A stretch of 64,000 nucleotides of DNA from Nitrospirota bacterium. Lineage in GTDB: Bacteria > Nitrospirota > JACRHJ01. Both the position numbers and the translations under genes were made by a program. Under the pieces are notes generated by a model. That model ran no database searches, had not been told where the DNA came from, and worked only from the letters and a program-made list of their open reading frames with translations. This document shows, one piece after another, positions 32,841 to 43,060 of the stretch. The stretch lies in the NCBI GenBank assembly GCA_963845245.1, contig CAWJRJ010000016.1, forward strand, positions 1-64,000. Direction: 5' to 3'. Position 1 is the stretch's first letter. Every line of letters starts with the position of its first letter.

Positions 32841-34931
32841 CTAAGTTAACGTGATCCGAGAATCTATAGCCACCGCGCCGCCGCCGTCGTCCTTGACCAG
32901 CAGTGGGTTTATATCCATCTCCACTATTTCCGGGAAGTCGCATACAAGCTGTGACAGCCTGATGATTGCCTCCCTTATTGCGCCGATGTCTGACGGCCTC
33001 TCGCCCCTGAGGCCTTTCAGTATCCTGTACATCTTGATCTCCCGCATCATCTCCTGCGCGTCAGACTCTCCCAAAGGCGCAATCCGAAACGAGACGTCTC
33101 CCAATGCCTCGACGTATATGCCGCCCATACCGAACATGATAAGCGGCCCGAACTGTGGGTCCTTGCTCATGCCCAGGATTATCTCCCTGCCGCCAGTCAC
33201 CATCTCTTGCACCATGCAGCCTAGCACCATAGCGCGCGGCATCAGCCGCTTAGCGTTCGAGGTTATCTCAAGGAAAGCCGCCTCCACCTCTTTGCCGTCC
33301 TTTATGCCGACCCTGACGCCGCCAACGTCCGTCTTGTGGAGTATGTCAGGTGATGCTATCTTCATTACTACTGGGTACCCGACCTCTCTTGCCCTGGCCA
33401 CCGCTTCTTTGGATGTGACGGCCAGGAAATTGCCCGGTATCCTGAATCCGTATGCAGCTATGACTTCCCTTGCGTCCCCTTCGCCAAGCTCAAACTTCCC
33501 CAAGGCACGCGCCTTGTCGATGGCCTGGCGTACTCGTTCCCTGTCGACATCAAAGGTTTTGATCACGGGCTTTGAACGGCCCTTTGCCGCGCGGTAGCGG
33601 ACAAGTGCCTCGAAGGATTTGACCCCGTCCTCGGGGTAAGGGTAGACCGGGACCTGCTCGTCACGGAGTATCTCCGAGCCCTTCCTGACTCGTTCTCCGC
33701 CCATGAACGAGGCCAGAACAGGCTTGGCTGTCTGCTTCTTCAGGCGGGCTATCTCACGCGCCGTGTCCTCGACCTCGGTCATTGCCTGTGGGGTAAGGAC
33801 GACGAGTGCGCCGTCGACGTTTGGGTCGGCCAGTACCGCCTCAAGGGCATCAGCGTATCGGTCCGCCCGGGCGTCACCAATGACGTCAACCGGGTTGAAA
33901 AATCCGGCTGAGGTTGGCAGGTCTTTTCTGAGCCTGGCCACAGTGGCCGGGGTGAGTTCCGCCATCCTCGCCAGCGAGCGTTCGCAGGCGTCGGCGGCTA
34001 TTATGCCTGGGCCGCCTGCGTTGGTGACTACAGCCAGGTTTGGCCCTTCAGGTATGGGGTTGTCCGCGAAGGCCAGCGCGTAGTTGAAGAGATGTTCGAT
34101 GGTGTCGGCCCTCAATATACCGGTCTGCGTGAATACTGCCTCCCATGCCCGCTCAGAGCCTGCAAGCGAGCCGGTATGCGACGAGGCGGCCTTTGCTCCA
34201 GCCGCGGTCCCACCGGCTTTGGCTATGACAAGGGGCTTCTTACGGACCGTATCCCATGCCCGCTCCATGAACTTGCGGCCCGCTCCGACGCCTTCAATGT
34301 AGCCGAGTATAACCTTGGTATCCGGGTCGTCTGACAGGTATTCCATCATGTCGAGCTCGTCGATGTCAGACTTGTTCCCGAGGCTTATAAACTTGGAGAA
34401 CCCGACGCCGCGTGCGAGCGACCAGTCGAGTATGGCGGTGCAGAGAGCGCCGGATTGCGAGAAGAAGGCTATATTGCCCTTGAGCGGCATTGACGGCGCA
34501 AAGGAGGCGTTCAGACCGTTTCCGGCGTTTATGAGTCCAAGGCAGTTCGGCCCCAGGATGCGCATTCCGTAGCTTGCCGCAAGCTCAAGCAGGGACTCCT
34601 CAAGGATGCGGCCATCAGAGCCGGTCTCCTTGAAGCCTGCCGTTATAACGATTGCGGCGCGCACCCCCTTCATCCCGCAGTCCTTTATCACATCCATAAC
34701 GAATTCCCGCGGTACGGCTATGACTGCAAGGTCTACCTTGGCGGGTATGGAGCTTGTCTTGTCGAAGCTTTTAAGCCCCATTATGGAGTCTGCGGATGGG
34801 TTGACCGGATAGATGCCGCCTGAATAGCCGTTGTCTTTCAGGTTGCCAAGGATGCTGGAGCCGACCTTGCGCGGGTCTTTTGAAGCGCCTATTACAGCGA
34901 CTGATTTTGGATTGAAGAAGTTATCAAGCAA
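32841..34931 (-). CDS. Acetate/acyl-CoA ligase (ADP-forming), alpha-beta fusion
   Basis: PKSVAVIGAS, GPNCLG, SQSGA, SHTGSLAG, HKTDVGGV, MDINPL; likely TTG start at 34931. Confidence 0.92.
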   Translation of the reverse strand: MLDNFFNPKSVAVIGASKDPRKVGSSILGNLKDNGYSGGIYPVNPSADSIMGLKSFDKTSSIPAKVDLAVIAVPREFVMDVIKDCGMKGVRAAIVITAGFKETGSDGRILEESLLELAASYGMRILGPNCLGLINAGNGLNASFAPSMPLKGNIAFFSQSGALCTAILDWSLARGVGFSKFISLGNKSDIDELDMMEYLSDDPDTKVILGYIEGVGAGRKFMERAWDTVRKKPLVIAKAGGTAAGAKAASSHTGSLAGSERAWEAVFTQTGILRADTIEHLFNYALAFADNPIPEGPNLAVVTNAGGPGIIAADACERSLARMAELTPATVARLRKDLPTSAGFFNPVDVIGDARADRYADALEAVLADPNVDGALVVLTPQAMTEVEDTAREIARLKKQTAKPVLASFMGGERVRKGSEILRDEQVPVYPYPEDGVKSFEALVRYRAAKGRSKPVIKTFDVDRERVRQAIDKARALGKFELGEGDAREVIAAYGFRIPGNFLAVTSKEAVARAREVGYPVVMKIASPDILHKTDVGGVRVGIKDGKEVEAAFLEITSNAKRLMPRAMVLGCMVQEMVTGGREIILGMSKDPQFGPLIMFGMGGIYVEALGDVSFRIAPLGESDAQEMMREIKMYRILKGLRGERPSDIGAIREAIIRLSQLVCDFPEIVEMDINPLLVKDDGGGAVAIDSRITLT

Positions 34932-35009
34932 AGTGATAATTATCCCATGTTTTTTTATAATAATAATAAAAGGTGCGGTGAAAGTCAATTCGGAGGCGGG
35001 AGGGGAATG

Positions 35010-37679
35010 TCAGGAGACCTCTGCTGCCTTGCCGTTGTCGATGAGTTTTTCCACCCTCTGCGTCAGCTCGGCTGGAGTGAAGGGCTTTGTGATGTAATCG
35101 TTTGCCCCTGCCGCGAAGCCCTTTTCAAGCTCGTGTTTCTGTGCGGCGGCTGAAAACATCGCGACCGGTATATCAGCGGTATGGCTGTTGTCCTTAAGGA
35201 TACGGCAGACCTCGAAGCCGTCGAGCCCGCGCATCCATACGTCCATCAGGATGGCTTCGGGTTTTTCATTGAAGGCCATCTTGAGGCCCTCAAAACCGTC
35301 CTTGGCTACAATCACGTTGAACTTTTTTTCCAGAATAAGCTTCGTGAATATGACTGTATCTTCGTCGTCTTCGACCAGTAGTACTGTCCGCTTATGTTGG
35401 TCCGCCCTGTCCTTCTTTTCTTCCGGATCAGGCGTGGCAGCCTTTACTGCAGGTATCAACGGCAACTCCGTCTTGGCGGCGGGCTGTTTCATCGGCAGGA
35501 GCATTACAAACCGGCTACCAGGGCAGCGTTCGGCGTCTTCGCCCTCGCTCTCTGCCCATATCTGGCCGTTATGTGCGGTTACGATACCCCTGACGATTGA
35601 TAACCCGAGGCCTGTGCCGCCTCCAAGGAACTTTGACTTGCCGGTCGAATGGGCGTCCACGTCGCCGACCTCGAAGAACTTGTCGAAGATCTTTTCAAGG
35701 TGGTCTTTGGCTATACCTATGCCGGTGTCTTCCACCACGATCTCCAGATAGGTGTCCGCCGAAAGGATGGAGTTGTCGAATGCCATGTGTTTCAGACGTC
35801 CGGTTTCCTTGTTTATCTTTACCTTCCTGCCGCTCAGGGTTATGCCTCCGCCATCCGGTGTGAATTTAACGGCGTTGCCGATCAGGTTTGTCATGCACTG
35901 CTGAAGCCTGTCGAAGTCCGCTTCCAGCTTGGGCAGCAGGTCCAGGTTCGAGGTCTTGATGTCCACGTGCCTTTGGTTTAGGAACGGGCGTATCTCGTCG
36001 AGCGAGGCGCTTATCACGTCGGACATTGATATCCACCTGAGCTTAAGCGGGAGGCGCCCGCCTTCAATCTTGGCGACTATCAGAAGGTCTTCAACTATAT
36101 CCCTCAGCCGGGAGGCTCCTTTTGTCGCAATCTCAAGCATCTCGCGCTGCTCCCCGGTTATCTCTCCGAGGTCGCCTGCGATCATCAGGTTTAGATAGCC
36201 CATAACCGAGACGAGCGGCGTCCTGAGCTCGTGGGAGGCGAGGGACAGGAAGTTTGTCTTCGTCTGGTCAAGCATCCGGAGTTCCTTGTTGGCCCGCTCA
36301 ACTGTCTCGAGGTTTTCCATGAGCTGACGGTAGAGGTAGGCGTTTTCCACCGCCATTGCCGCCGTTGACGCGAACGTGGCCAGGATGTCGAGCTTGTCCC
36401 TGCGCATCGGCTTCATAGTCCTGCGGTTGTCGACCAGGATGACGCCGACGCAACGGTCTTTTCCGACCATTGGGATTATCGCGAACTCGTTGAGGTTCAG
36501 CTGTTCCGCAGTTTTCTCGGGTATCCTGGAGTCAAGGGACGCCTGCGCCACGTACTGGACAGAGCGTTCTCTTACCGCTGCCGCGAATATGTTGTTGTTA
36601 TCGAGAGGCTCCGACAGAAGTTCCCGCTCCCTGCCTCCCATCCCGATGCTTATCTTTTCTTCCAGGGTCCTTGCCTGCTCGTTTACAAGCGCCAGGAGGA
36701 CCCTGTCGTAGCCGACTTCCTCGGTTATGTCTTTTGCGGCGGACGAGAGTATGTCGTCCAGCTCCATGCTCTGCCGCAGGCGGTCGGTGGCGTCGTGGAG
36801 GAATGAGAGTTCGCCGACCTTTTCTTTTAGGTGCTGGCTTTTAAGCTCAAGCTCGCCTGCGGTGTTCTCGAGCTGCACGTTTGAGTTCTGTAGCTCGTCG
36901 TTTGCCTTCTCCAGGTCTTTAAAGCCCTGCTGTACCCGTTCTTCCCTCTCTTTGATCGATTCTGCCATCCAGTTGAAAGATTCGGCGAGGTGGCCTATCT
37001 CACTATGCGAGCTGATGTTGAGGCGCCGGCTCCAGTCTCCCTGGGCAATGAGCGAGGCTGTGGAAGCCATCTCTATTATAGGGGCGACGACCTTGCGGTT
37101 GACAAAAACGGAGACTATTACTGCAGCGAGTATGAATGTCAGCAGCGCTACGGCAACGGACTCCCATAAAAGAGGGTACACTTTTTCAGAAACAGCGGAA
37201 GCTTTGAGCCCCAGTCGTAGAGACCCCAGAAGCTTTTGTTCCGAGTCCAAGACCGGGATGGAAATGTCGTAATAGTCGACTCCGTCGTCTTTTCTGTTTT
37301 GTATCTTGATGTCGCGCGCGCTTGCCGCGGCCATGCTTGCCGGGTCGCGCAGGAAACGGCCGGCCGAAAGCGGGTCGTTGTGGTAGAGGACCCTGCTCTC
37401 CGTGTTGACCAGCATGCAGTAGCCGATCTCCTTGTTGTTGTCGACAATGTCATGGCAGGATTCGTTCAACCCTTCTAGCGATTCCAGGTTAAGGCCGAGG
37501 TTGACGGCCCTGCTCAGTTCATCGCGCAGATGTTCGCCGATCATGCGTACCTGGTTCTGCAGGGATTTTTTCTGGAAGGAGACGAACGAAACGGAGAGGA
37601 ACGCCGTGTTTATGGCGAGTACCGCCGAAAGGATAATGAAGACAAGTATCAGGGATTTAGTTTTGAGGCTGTTTTTCAT
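35010..37679 (-). CDS. Membrane hybrid histidine kinase (Cache-like, HAMP, GAF, HisKA, HATPase, receiver)
   Basis: ASHELRTPL, NLIGNAVKFT, DTGIGI, GTGLGL, C-terminal LLVEDD...MDVWM...KPF. Confidence 0.93.
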   Translation of the reverse strand: MKNSLKTKSLILVFIILSAVLAINTAFLSVSFVSFQKKSLQNQVRMIGEHLRDELSRAVNLGLNLESLEGLNESCHDIVDNNKEIGYCMLVNTESRVLYHNDPLSAGRFLRDPASMAAASARDIKIQNRKDDGVDYYDISIPVLDSEQKLLGSLRLGLKASAVSEKVYPLLWESVAVALLTFILAAVIVSVFVNRKVVAPIIEMASTASLIAQGDWSRRLNISSHSEIGHLAESFNWMAESIKEREERVQQGFKDLEKANDELQNSNVQLENTAGELELKSQHLKEKVGELSFLHDATDRLRQSMELDDILSSAAKDITEEVGYDRVLLALVNEQARTLEEKISIGMGGRERELLSEPLDNNNIFAAAVRERSVQYVAQASLDSRIPEKTAEQLNLNEFAIIPMVGKDRCVGVILVDNRRTMKPMRRDKLDILATFASTAAMAVENAYLYRQLMENLETVERANKELRMLDQTKTNFLSLASHELRTPLVSVMGYLNLMIAGDLGEITGEQREMLEIATKGASRLRDIVEDLLIVAKIEGGRLPLKLRWISMSDVISASLDEIRPFLNQRHVDIKTSNLDLLPKLEADFDRLQQCMTNLIGNAVKFTPDGGGITLSGRKVKINKETGRLKHMAFDNSILSADTYLEIVVEDTGIGIAKDHLEKIFDKFFEVGDVDAHSTGKSKFLGGGTGLGLSIVRGIVTAHNGQIWAESEGEDAERCPGSRFVMLLPMKQPAAKTELPLIPAVKAATPDPEEKKDRADQHKRTVLLVEDDEDTVIFTKLILEKKFNVIVAKDGFEGLKMAFNEKPEAILMDVWMRGLDGFEVCRILKDNSHTADIPVAMFSAAAQKHELEKGFAAGANDYITKPFTPAELTQRVEKLIDNGKAAEVS

Positions 37680-37727
37680 ACCTTATCCAAGGTTTACCTC
37701 AAATTGTAGACGGTGAAAAGCTAAAAA

Positions 37728-39833
37728 TCAACCTTTTTCGCGAGTATCCGATAATGTAGCGCGGTAGGCGGTACACCGGTTACGGCCGTGGCCCTTTGAC
37801 CAATAGAGTGCCTGGTCCGCTTTCTCAATAAGATCGGCCTTGTCAGAGGAGTCATCAGGGCATGTCGCGAAGCCGATGCTTAAAGTAATTGGTATGTTGT
37901 TGCCGTCAAGCTTGAACTTGGCCGTCTCGACCGCAGACCTTATACGTTCCGCCATCTGTTGGGCGCCCTTTGAGTCGGTGTTCTTAAGGAGAGCCACGAA
38001 CTCCTCTCCCCCGTACCTCGCGGCCACGTCTACCTGCCTCAGGGCGCCCTGGAGCAGCTTGGATACTTTTCTTAGGACCGCGTCGCCGACGGGGTGGCCA
38101 TAGGTGTCGTTCACCTTTTTAAAGTGGTCAATGTCAAGAAGAAGAAGGGATAGGGGTTCCGGGTAGCGGGCTATCCTGACAAACTCCTCGTCAGCCTTCT
38201 CCTGGAAAGAGCGGTGGTTCACGAGCCCGGTCAGGCCGTCCGTAGTGGCCATCTGATGCATCTGATGGTGGAGCCTGGCGTTTGTTATGCTGGTGGCGAC
38301 CTGGTTTGCGACTATGTTCAGCATGTGCTGCTGGGAGGCGCTGATGTTTCCCGTCCGCCTTAGCGCGAGGGTGATTATGCCTGTCACCTTGTCGTTGTTT
38401 ATAAGCGGTATGCCGAGGAACGATTTGTAGTCGAGTTTCAGGAGCCCGGCAGGGAAAATCGGGAGCTTCTCCGCGCGCTGGTCGAGGTCAGAGAAACTTA
38501 GAGGCTGGCGGCTCTCCACTATCCATTCAAGCAGGCTGCCTGCAAGCGGTACTGGTTCGACGGGCACTTTCAGGCCGTCGTACCCCTCAAGCTTTTTGAA
38601 GGTTATGTGCCCATTCCCCTCGACAAATGAAACGGTGAGGTAGTCGTACGGCAGGATATCCCTGCTGAGGTTCGCAAGCTTATCCAGGATAGTGGGGATA
38701 TCAAGGCTTGAGGATATGCCTTCGCTCATTTTGTGGAGTGCAGCGGAGATGGCGGCCGACTCGTCCACCTGCCTGCTCTCCCTCACGCTCTGGAGCAGAT
38801 AGACCATCAGCCTTCCGAAGCGGTCCAGGGTTTCTTTGTCGTTGTCGGTGAATACCCCTTCGGCGAGCGAGTCGAGAGCTATCACACCCTCCATGTAGCT
38901 CCCGTTCATCACGGGGACTGCAATGAAGGATTGCACGCCACCGTCGTCTTTGACATAGCACAGCCCGCGCGCCTTCTCGGCCACCAGCACCGGCGCCCTC
39001 TCCTTGGCTACCCAGCCGACAAGCCCCTGCCCGACTGGTATGGTCTTGTCTTCCAGCACGTCCGTGCCGCCTATGTGCATCTTAAGGTAGAGGCTTTCAC
39101 CACTGCCATCAGGCATGAACAGCAGTGCGGTATGGGAGGGTATGGCCGTGTGCACCGCCTCCAGGAGGTCTTCGAGCGCCCTGTCGAACTCGGCGGCTGA
39201 CTGGAAGCGCCTCGCCTCGATACCCGCGGGCGATATGCTGGCCGCAGCCACGGATTCCCCGTCTTCGGGGCTTATCGCGTTAGCGCCGTCCTGCATCCGC
39301 CTTACCGCCTGAAGCACCTTCTCCTTCTTCTTGTGTTCCGATTTGAAGAGCCTGCCAAGGATTATGGCTATGCCCGTGAGGTATGCGCCGAAGACCGCAA
39401 GGTTAACTGTTGTCTCAAGGTGGGCCCCGTTAGGGAGCAGGAGCGCGTTTGCGCCCTCAAGCCCGAGGATGAGGCCTGCAGCCAGGAAGTTGAACCTTAT
39501 GGGGTAGAACAGGGCGCAAAGCGCCACAAGGAGGTAATACATCGGCTGTAGCCAGTGCCTGCCAGGCCCGAGCGCGACGGAGATGACGTTAATGGCGAGC
39601 ATGATGGATACTACGAAGGCCAGGTCCGCGGTGGGGTATGAGGCCAGCGGCCTGACGTAGCGCCACAGGCTTGCGGCGAGCAGCAGGAGTATGGAGCCAG
39701 ACCAGAAGGCGAGCGAGGGCGACTCGAAGCCAAGACCCCACAGCGGGCTGACGCAGGCCCCGGCGTACGCCCCGAGAACGGTTATCAAAAAGAAGTTCCT
39801 GTTAAGGAACCCGTCGTTCGTAATGCTGCGCAA
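37728..39833 (-). CDS. Membrane diguanylate cyclase with two GAF domains
   Basis: N-terminal TMs, two GAF-like domains, DIDHFKKVNDTYGH, RQVD I-site, GGEEF. Confidence 0.93.
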   Translation of the reverse strand: MRSITNDGFLNRNFFLITVLGAYAGACVSPLWGLGFESPSLAFWSGSILLLLAASLWRYVRPLASYPTADLAFVVSIMLAINVISVALGPGRHWLQPMYYLLVALCALFYPIRFNFLAAGLILGLEGANALLLPNGAHLETTVNLAVFGAYLTGIAIILGRLFKSEHKKKEKVLQAVRRMQDGANAISPEDGESVAAASISPAGIEARRFQSAAEFDRALEDLLEAVHTAIPSHTALLFMPDGSGESLYLKMHIGGTDVLEDKTIPVGQGLVGWVAKERAPVLVAEKARGLCYVKDDGGVQSFIAVPVMNGSYMEGVIALDSLAEGVFTDNDKETLDRFGRLMVYLLQSVRESRQVDESAAISAALHKMSEGISSSLDIPTILDKLANLSRDILPYDYLTVSFVEGNGHITFKKLEGYDGLKVPVEPVPLAGSLLEWIVESRQPLSFSDLDQRAEKLPIFPAGLLKLDYKSFLGIPLINNDKVTGIITLALRRTGNISASQQHMLNIVANQVATSITNARLHHQMHQMATTDGLTGLVNHRSFQEKADEEFVRIARYPEPLSLLLLDIDHFKKVNDTYGHPVGDAVLRKVSKLLQGALRQVDVAARYGGEEFVALLKNTDSKGAQQMAERIRSAVETAKFKLDGNNIPITLSIGFATCPDDSSDKADLIEKADQALYWSKGHGRNRCTAYRATLSDTREKG

Positions 39834-39854
39834 AAGCTTCCCGCCTCCCGGTGC

Positions 39855-40133
39855 CTAAGACTTTCCCTTCTTGTTAAGCTCTTCCTGGTAATGTTTGTTG
39901 TAGAGCACGTCCCACTCCGGGCTGCCCTCGAGTATCTTCCGGGAGTACGAGAGCACCTTCTTTCTAACGATGTCGTCTATCTCGTCTTCCTTCTTCACCC
40001 AGCGGGCGATGAGCTGTTTCATCTCGCGGCGGACCTTCGCGTCCTCCTCGGCCAGTTCAGCCGCCTTGGTCTTGACGAGCGAGTCGAATATGACGTGTGC
40101 GAGGTGCGATATCTTGTCTTCGGATAGACGCAT
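39855..40133 (-). CDS. DUF507 family protein
   Basis: MRLSEDKISHLAH...EGSPEWDVLY. Confidence 0.75.
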   Translation of the reverse strand: MRLSEDKISHLAHVIFDSLVKTKAAELAEEDAKVRREMKQLIARWVKKEDEIDDIVRKKVLSYSRKILEGSPEWDVLYNKHYQEELNKKGKS

Positions 40134-40145
40134 TGTGCCTCCGTT

Positions 40146-40427
40146 TTAAAGTACGATGCCGCGCTCGCGCACGAGTTTCTTTTTCACCAGGTCGAACATG
40201 GTCTTGTAGTCCGCCTTGCCCTGTTCGATCTCTTTCTCGTACACCTTGAGCAGGTCCTTCACCTCTTCGTTCAACCTGTCCTCCACCAACAGGTCGTCCA
40301 CGATGGCCTTCTCGATAAGCTCTATAGCCTCCTCGTGAGAGACTTTCAGCTTGATGAGCTTTTTCTTCTCGACGTCGGCCAGGACCTCCGCCGCGAGCGC
40401 CTTTATCTGGTGCTGGGTCAGCTTCAT
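40146..40427 (-). CDS. DUF507 family protein
   Basis: EDRLNEEV...DYKTMFDLVKKKLVRERGIVL. Confidence 0.75.
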   Translation of the reverse strand: MKLTQHQIKALAAEVLADVEKKKLIKLKVSHEEAIELIEKAIVDDLLVEDRLNEEVKDLLKVYEKEIEQGKADYKTMFDLVKKKLVRERGIVL

Positions 40428-40571
40428 TTTCTCACCTGCAATGAGGGGTTAACTGCCTGATTTATGGCTGGGTTATTATACCTGAAAGGCGGCGTTAGTT
40501 AAATAAATAATTGCATAAGCCCGGAATAAGGCCTATATTATTAAAAATCTACTCATAATCAAGGGGTTAAA

Positions 40572-41180
40572 ATGAAAAAACTATTTGCCGCCGCAGGACT
40601 GTTGCTTGCTCTTTTCGGGTGCGGACACGCCAAGGAATTGAAGGCCGCCGAGGAAAAAGGCACCGCCTCGAAATACGAGGTGGAGGGCAACACCGTTCGC
40701 TGTGCCACACCCACGCTCGCTTTCGAGATATCCTACCTGTCTCCGGAACAGACAGACATGTACTTCTCCATCTACAAGGGCGGCAAATACAAAAACCCGT
40801 TCCCGCCTTCGGTGGTGGTTTTCCTGATGTCGATTGAGAACAGAGGCAAGAATACGGCCTTGTTCAACCCGGGGCTCGCCTGGATATACCCGGAGAAGGG
40901 CATGCCTTCCTCCGCGAAGGACTACACATCCCTCTATACCGACTTCGACCTCACGAAGACGGAGGATATCGACGAGCGGATGGAGGCCTTTAAGGTGTCT
41001 TCGTTCGATGGCACGGAGTCGATTGCCCCCGGCACAACCGTGAAGAAGCTGCTGTTATTCTCACGGGGCAAGGAACCGTTCGACAAGGCGGGCCTCAGGC
41101 TTGAGAACATATACTCAGGTAAGGAGTGCGACAACGTGAAGTTCATATTCCCGGGAGGGCTGGGATTGGGGCCGGAATGA
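40572..41180 (+). CDS. Hypothetical lipoprotein
   Basis: MKK plus hydrophobic stretch plus LFGC lipobox; RBS upstream. Confidence 0.7.
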   Translation: MKKLFAAAGLLLALFGCGHAKELKAAEEKGTASKYEVEGNTVRCATPTLAFEISYLSPEQTDMYFSIYKGGKYKNPFPPSVVVFLMSIENRGKNTALFNPGLAWIYPEKGMPSSAKDYTSLYTDFDLTKTEDIDERMEAFKVSSFDGTESIAPGTTVKKLLLFSRGKEPFDKAGLRLENIYSGKECDNVKFIFPGGLGLGPE

Positions 41181-41200
41181 CGGGCCGTGTCTTATAAATT

Positions 41201-41233
41201 AACAAGGCCGCCCCTTTACCGGGAGCGGCCTTT
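41201..41233. terminator. Intrinsic terminator hairpin (copy 1 of duplicated unit)
   Basis: AAGGCCGCCCC-TTTACC-GGGAGCGGCCTT between convergent genes. Confidence 0.7.
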
Positions 41234-41271
41234 AAGTTTGTTATTCTATGTTTCTATGTGGTCTGTCGCCC

Positions 41272-42051
41272 TTACGGCGTGTTCGTCCCAAGTGTGTTGC
41301 CCGCCCCGAAAATGTTTGCGTTGTTGTATGTCGCGTTGCCGTCCACCAAAACCGGCCCGTTGCTGGTGACTATCCCGTTTGCGGTGTTGCTGCATGCGGA
41401 GTTGTTTTTGACCGTGCAGCCGGGTCCCGCAAAAATCCCGATACCTGTATTGGCATAGCTGCTGTTGCCGATGATAACGCAGGACGGGCCATACACATAA
41501 ATGCCCCAAGCGGGTGAGTCTACTGTTCCGTTATTATACGCGACGTTGTTTGTAATGATGCTGCCCGCGGCCTCTGCTAAAATCCCGTAACTTTTGTTCG
41601 TATACGCCATGCAATCCTTTATCACTGCGCCAATTGCTGATAAGGCAAGAGATATACCCACCTGATTATCGTGTAGCCTGAGATTTGATGCCTTTGTGGA
41701 AATGCTGTTGACGTCGGCGTATAACCCGGATGAAAAGCCGGAGATATACCCGTTCCGGACCTCCACCCCGTCGCCGTTGATGGTTACCCCGTTGAATGAA
41801 GCGGTTGCTGCGCCGGGGCCGGTAATGCTGTAGCCGCCCATGTCGAGGGTGACGTTGTTGGCGGATATGGTAATCGCATGCGCGAGGTTTGCGGTGTAGG
41901 TCAGGTTGCCCGCCAGTGTGTAGTTGCCAGGGACGGATATCGTGTATGGCAGGTTTTTGATTGCGATGGGGCCTTTGGCGAAGGCCGTAGCCGGGATTAA
42001 CAGCGCCGCGAACAGGGACACAAATGCGATACTTCTTAATGCTTTCTTCAC
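41272..42051 (-). CDS. Secreted right-handed beta-helix repeat protein (paralog 1)
   Basis: Signal peptide (AFA-K), LPYTISVPGNYTL, NVTLDMGGYSITG, repeated N-x-x-x-x-N-x-x-x-GI units. Confidence 0.8.
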   Translation of the reverse strand: MKKALRSIAFVSLFAALLIPATAFAKGPIAIKNLPYTISVPGNYTLAGNLTYTANLAHAITISANNVTLDMGGYSITGPGAATASFNGVTINGDGVEVRNGYISGFSSGLYADVNSISTKASNLRLHDNQVGISLALSAIGAVIKDCMAYTNKSYGILAEAAGSIITNNVAYNNGTVDSPAWGIYVYGPSCVIIGNSSYANTGIGIFAGPGCTVKNNSACSNTANGIVTSNGPVLVDGNATYNNANIFGAGNTLGTNTP

Positions 42052-42090
42052 TTCTTTCTCCTCCTTTGAAATGGGTGTTTTGTTGTTAAA

Positions 42091-42119
42091 TTTATAGCGG
42101 ATATTTAATGACTTTACAA
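42091..42119 (-). promoter_or_regulatory. Putative sigma70 promoter, copy 1
   Basis: TTGTAA-N17-TATAAA on minus strand. Confidence 0.55.
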
Positions 42120-42147
42120 TAGTAAAGTGAAAGGGGAGGCATAAATC

Positions 42148-42182
42148 AACAAGGCCGCCCCTTTACCGGGAGCGGCCTTGTT
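42148..42182 (-). terminator. Intrinsic terminator hairpin (copy 2)
   Basis: AACAAGGCCGCCCC-TTTACC-GGGAGCGGCCTTGTT, 32 nt identical to 41201-41232. Confidence 0.7.
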
Positions 42183-42218
42183 GTTTGCTATGCTATGCCT
42201 CTACGTGGCCTATCGCCC

Positions 42219-42995
42219 TTACGGCGTGTTCGTACCCGTTATCGTGCCGCCGCTCAGTAAATATTGGGTGGTGTTCCCGGTAGATGCGTTGCCGTCGAGC
42301 AGGACCGTACCGAAAGTAATTATCCCGGTGTCCGTGTTGCCGCATGCGGAGTTGCTCTTGACAGTGCAGCCGTCTCCCGCATAAATTCCGGTACCTGAAT
42401 TATGGGAACTGCTGTTGCCAATAACACAGGATCCGGAATTCACGTAAATTCCGTAATTGGCTGTGTCTGTTCCGTTATTGTACGTGACGTTGTTTGTTAT
42501 GAGGCCGCCCGCGGCAGCCACATAAATCCCAGTCCTTCCGTTCGAATACACCTTGCAATCTTTTACCTCAGTGCCAAATGCGGATGATTCAAAATCTATA
42601 CCAAAAAGATTATCGTGTATCTTGAGATTCGATGCCTTTGGGGAAATACTGTTGTTGGCGAACAGCCCGTAGTAAAAGCCGGAGATATACCCGTTTCGGA
42701 CCTCTACCCCATTGCCGAAGATTGCTACACCCTGGTGCGCGGCGGTTGCCATGCCGGGGCCAGTGATGCTGAAGCCGCCCAAATCGAGGATAACGCCGTC
42801 TGAGGTGATTGTTATCGCATCCGTACGGTTGGTTGTGTAGGTCAGGGACTTTGTGAGGGTATAATTCCCAGGCTTTGATATGGTGTACGGCAGGTCTTTG
42901 ATGACGATCGGGCCACCTCCCGCGAAGGCCGTTGCAGGAATTAACAGTGCCACGAACAGGGAAACCAACGCGATGCCCTTTAGTGCTTTCTTCAT
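42219..42995 (-). CDS. Secreted right-handed beta-helix repeat protein (paralog 2)
   Basis: ATG at 42995 with GAGGAG RBS; colinear and clearly similar to 41272-42051. Confidence 0.8.
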   Translation of the reverse strand: MKKALKGIALVSLFVALLIPATAFAGGGPIVIKDLPYTISKPGNYTLTKSLTYTTNRTDAITITSDGVILDLGGFSITGPGMATAAHQGVAIFGNGVEVRNGYISGFYYGLFANNSISPKASNLKIHDNLFGIDFESSAFGTEVKDCKVYSNGRTGIYVAAAGGLITNNVTYNNGTDTANYGIYVNSGSCVIGNSSSHNSGTGIYAGDGCTVKSNSACGNTDTGIITFGTVLLDGNASTGNTTQYLLSGGTITGTNTP

Positions 42996-43031
42996 TTTCT
43001 CCTCCTCAATAATGGGTGTTTCGTCGTTTAG

Positions 43032-43060
43032 GTTATAGCGAATATATAACGACGTTACAA
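43032..43060 (-). promoter_or_regulatory. Putative sigma70 promoter, copy 2
   Basis: TTGTAA-N17-TATAAC on minus strand, same layout as copy 1. Confidence 0.55.

Noticed and set aside
41194..42182. Repeated hairpins as integron attC sites or IS ends
   Set aside because: No attC core-site architecture recognised and no integrase or transposase; position fits terminators
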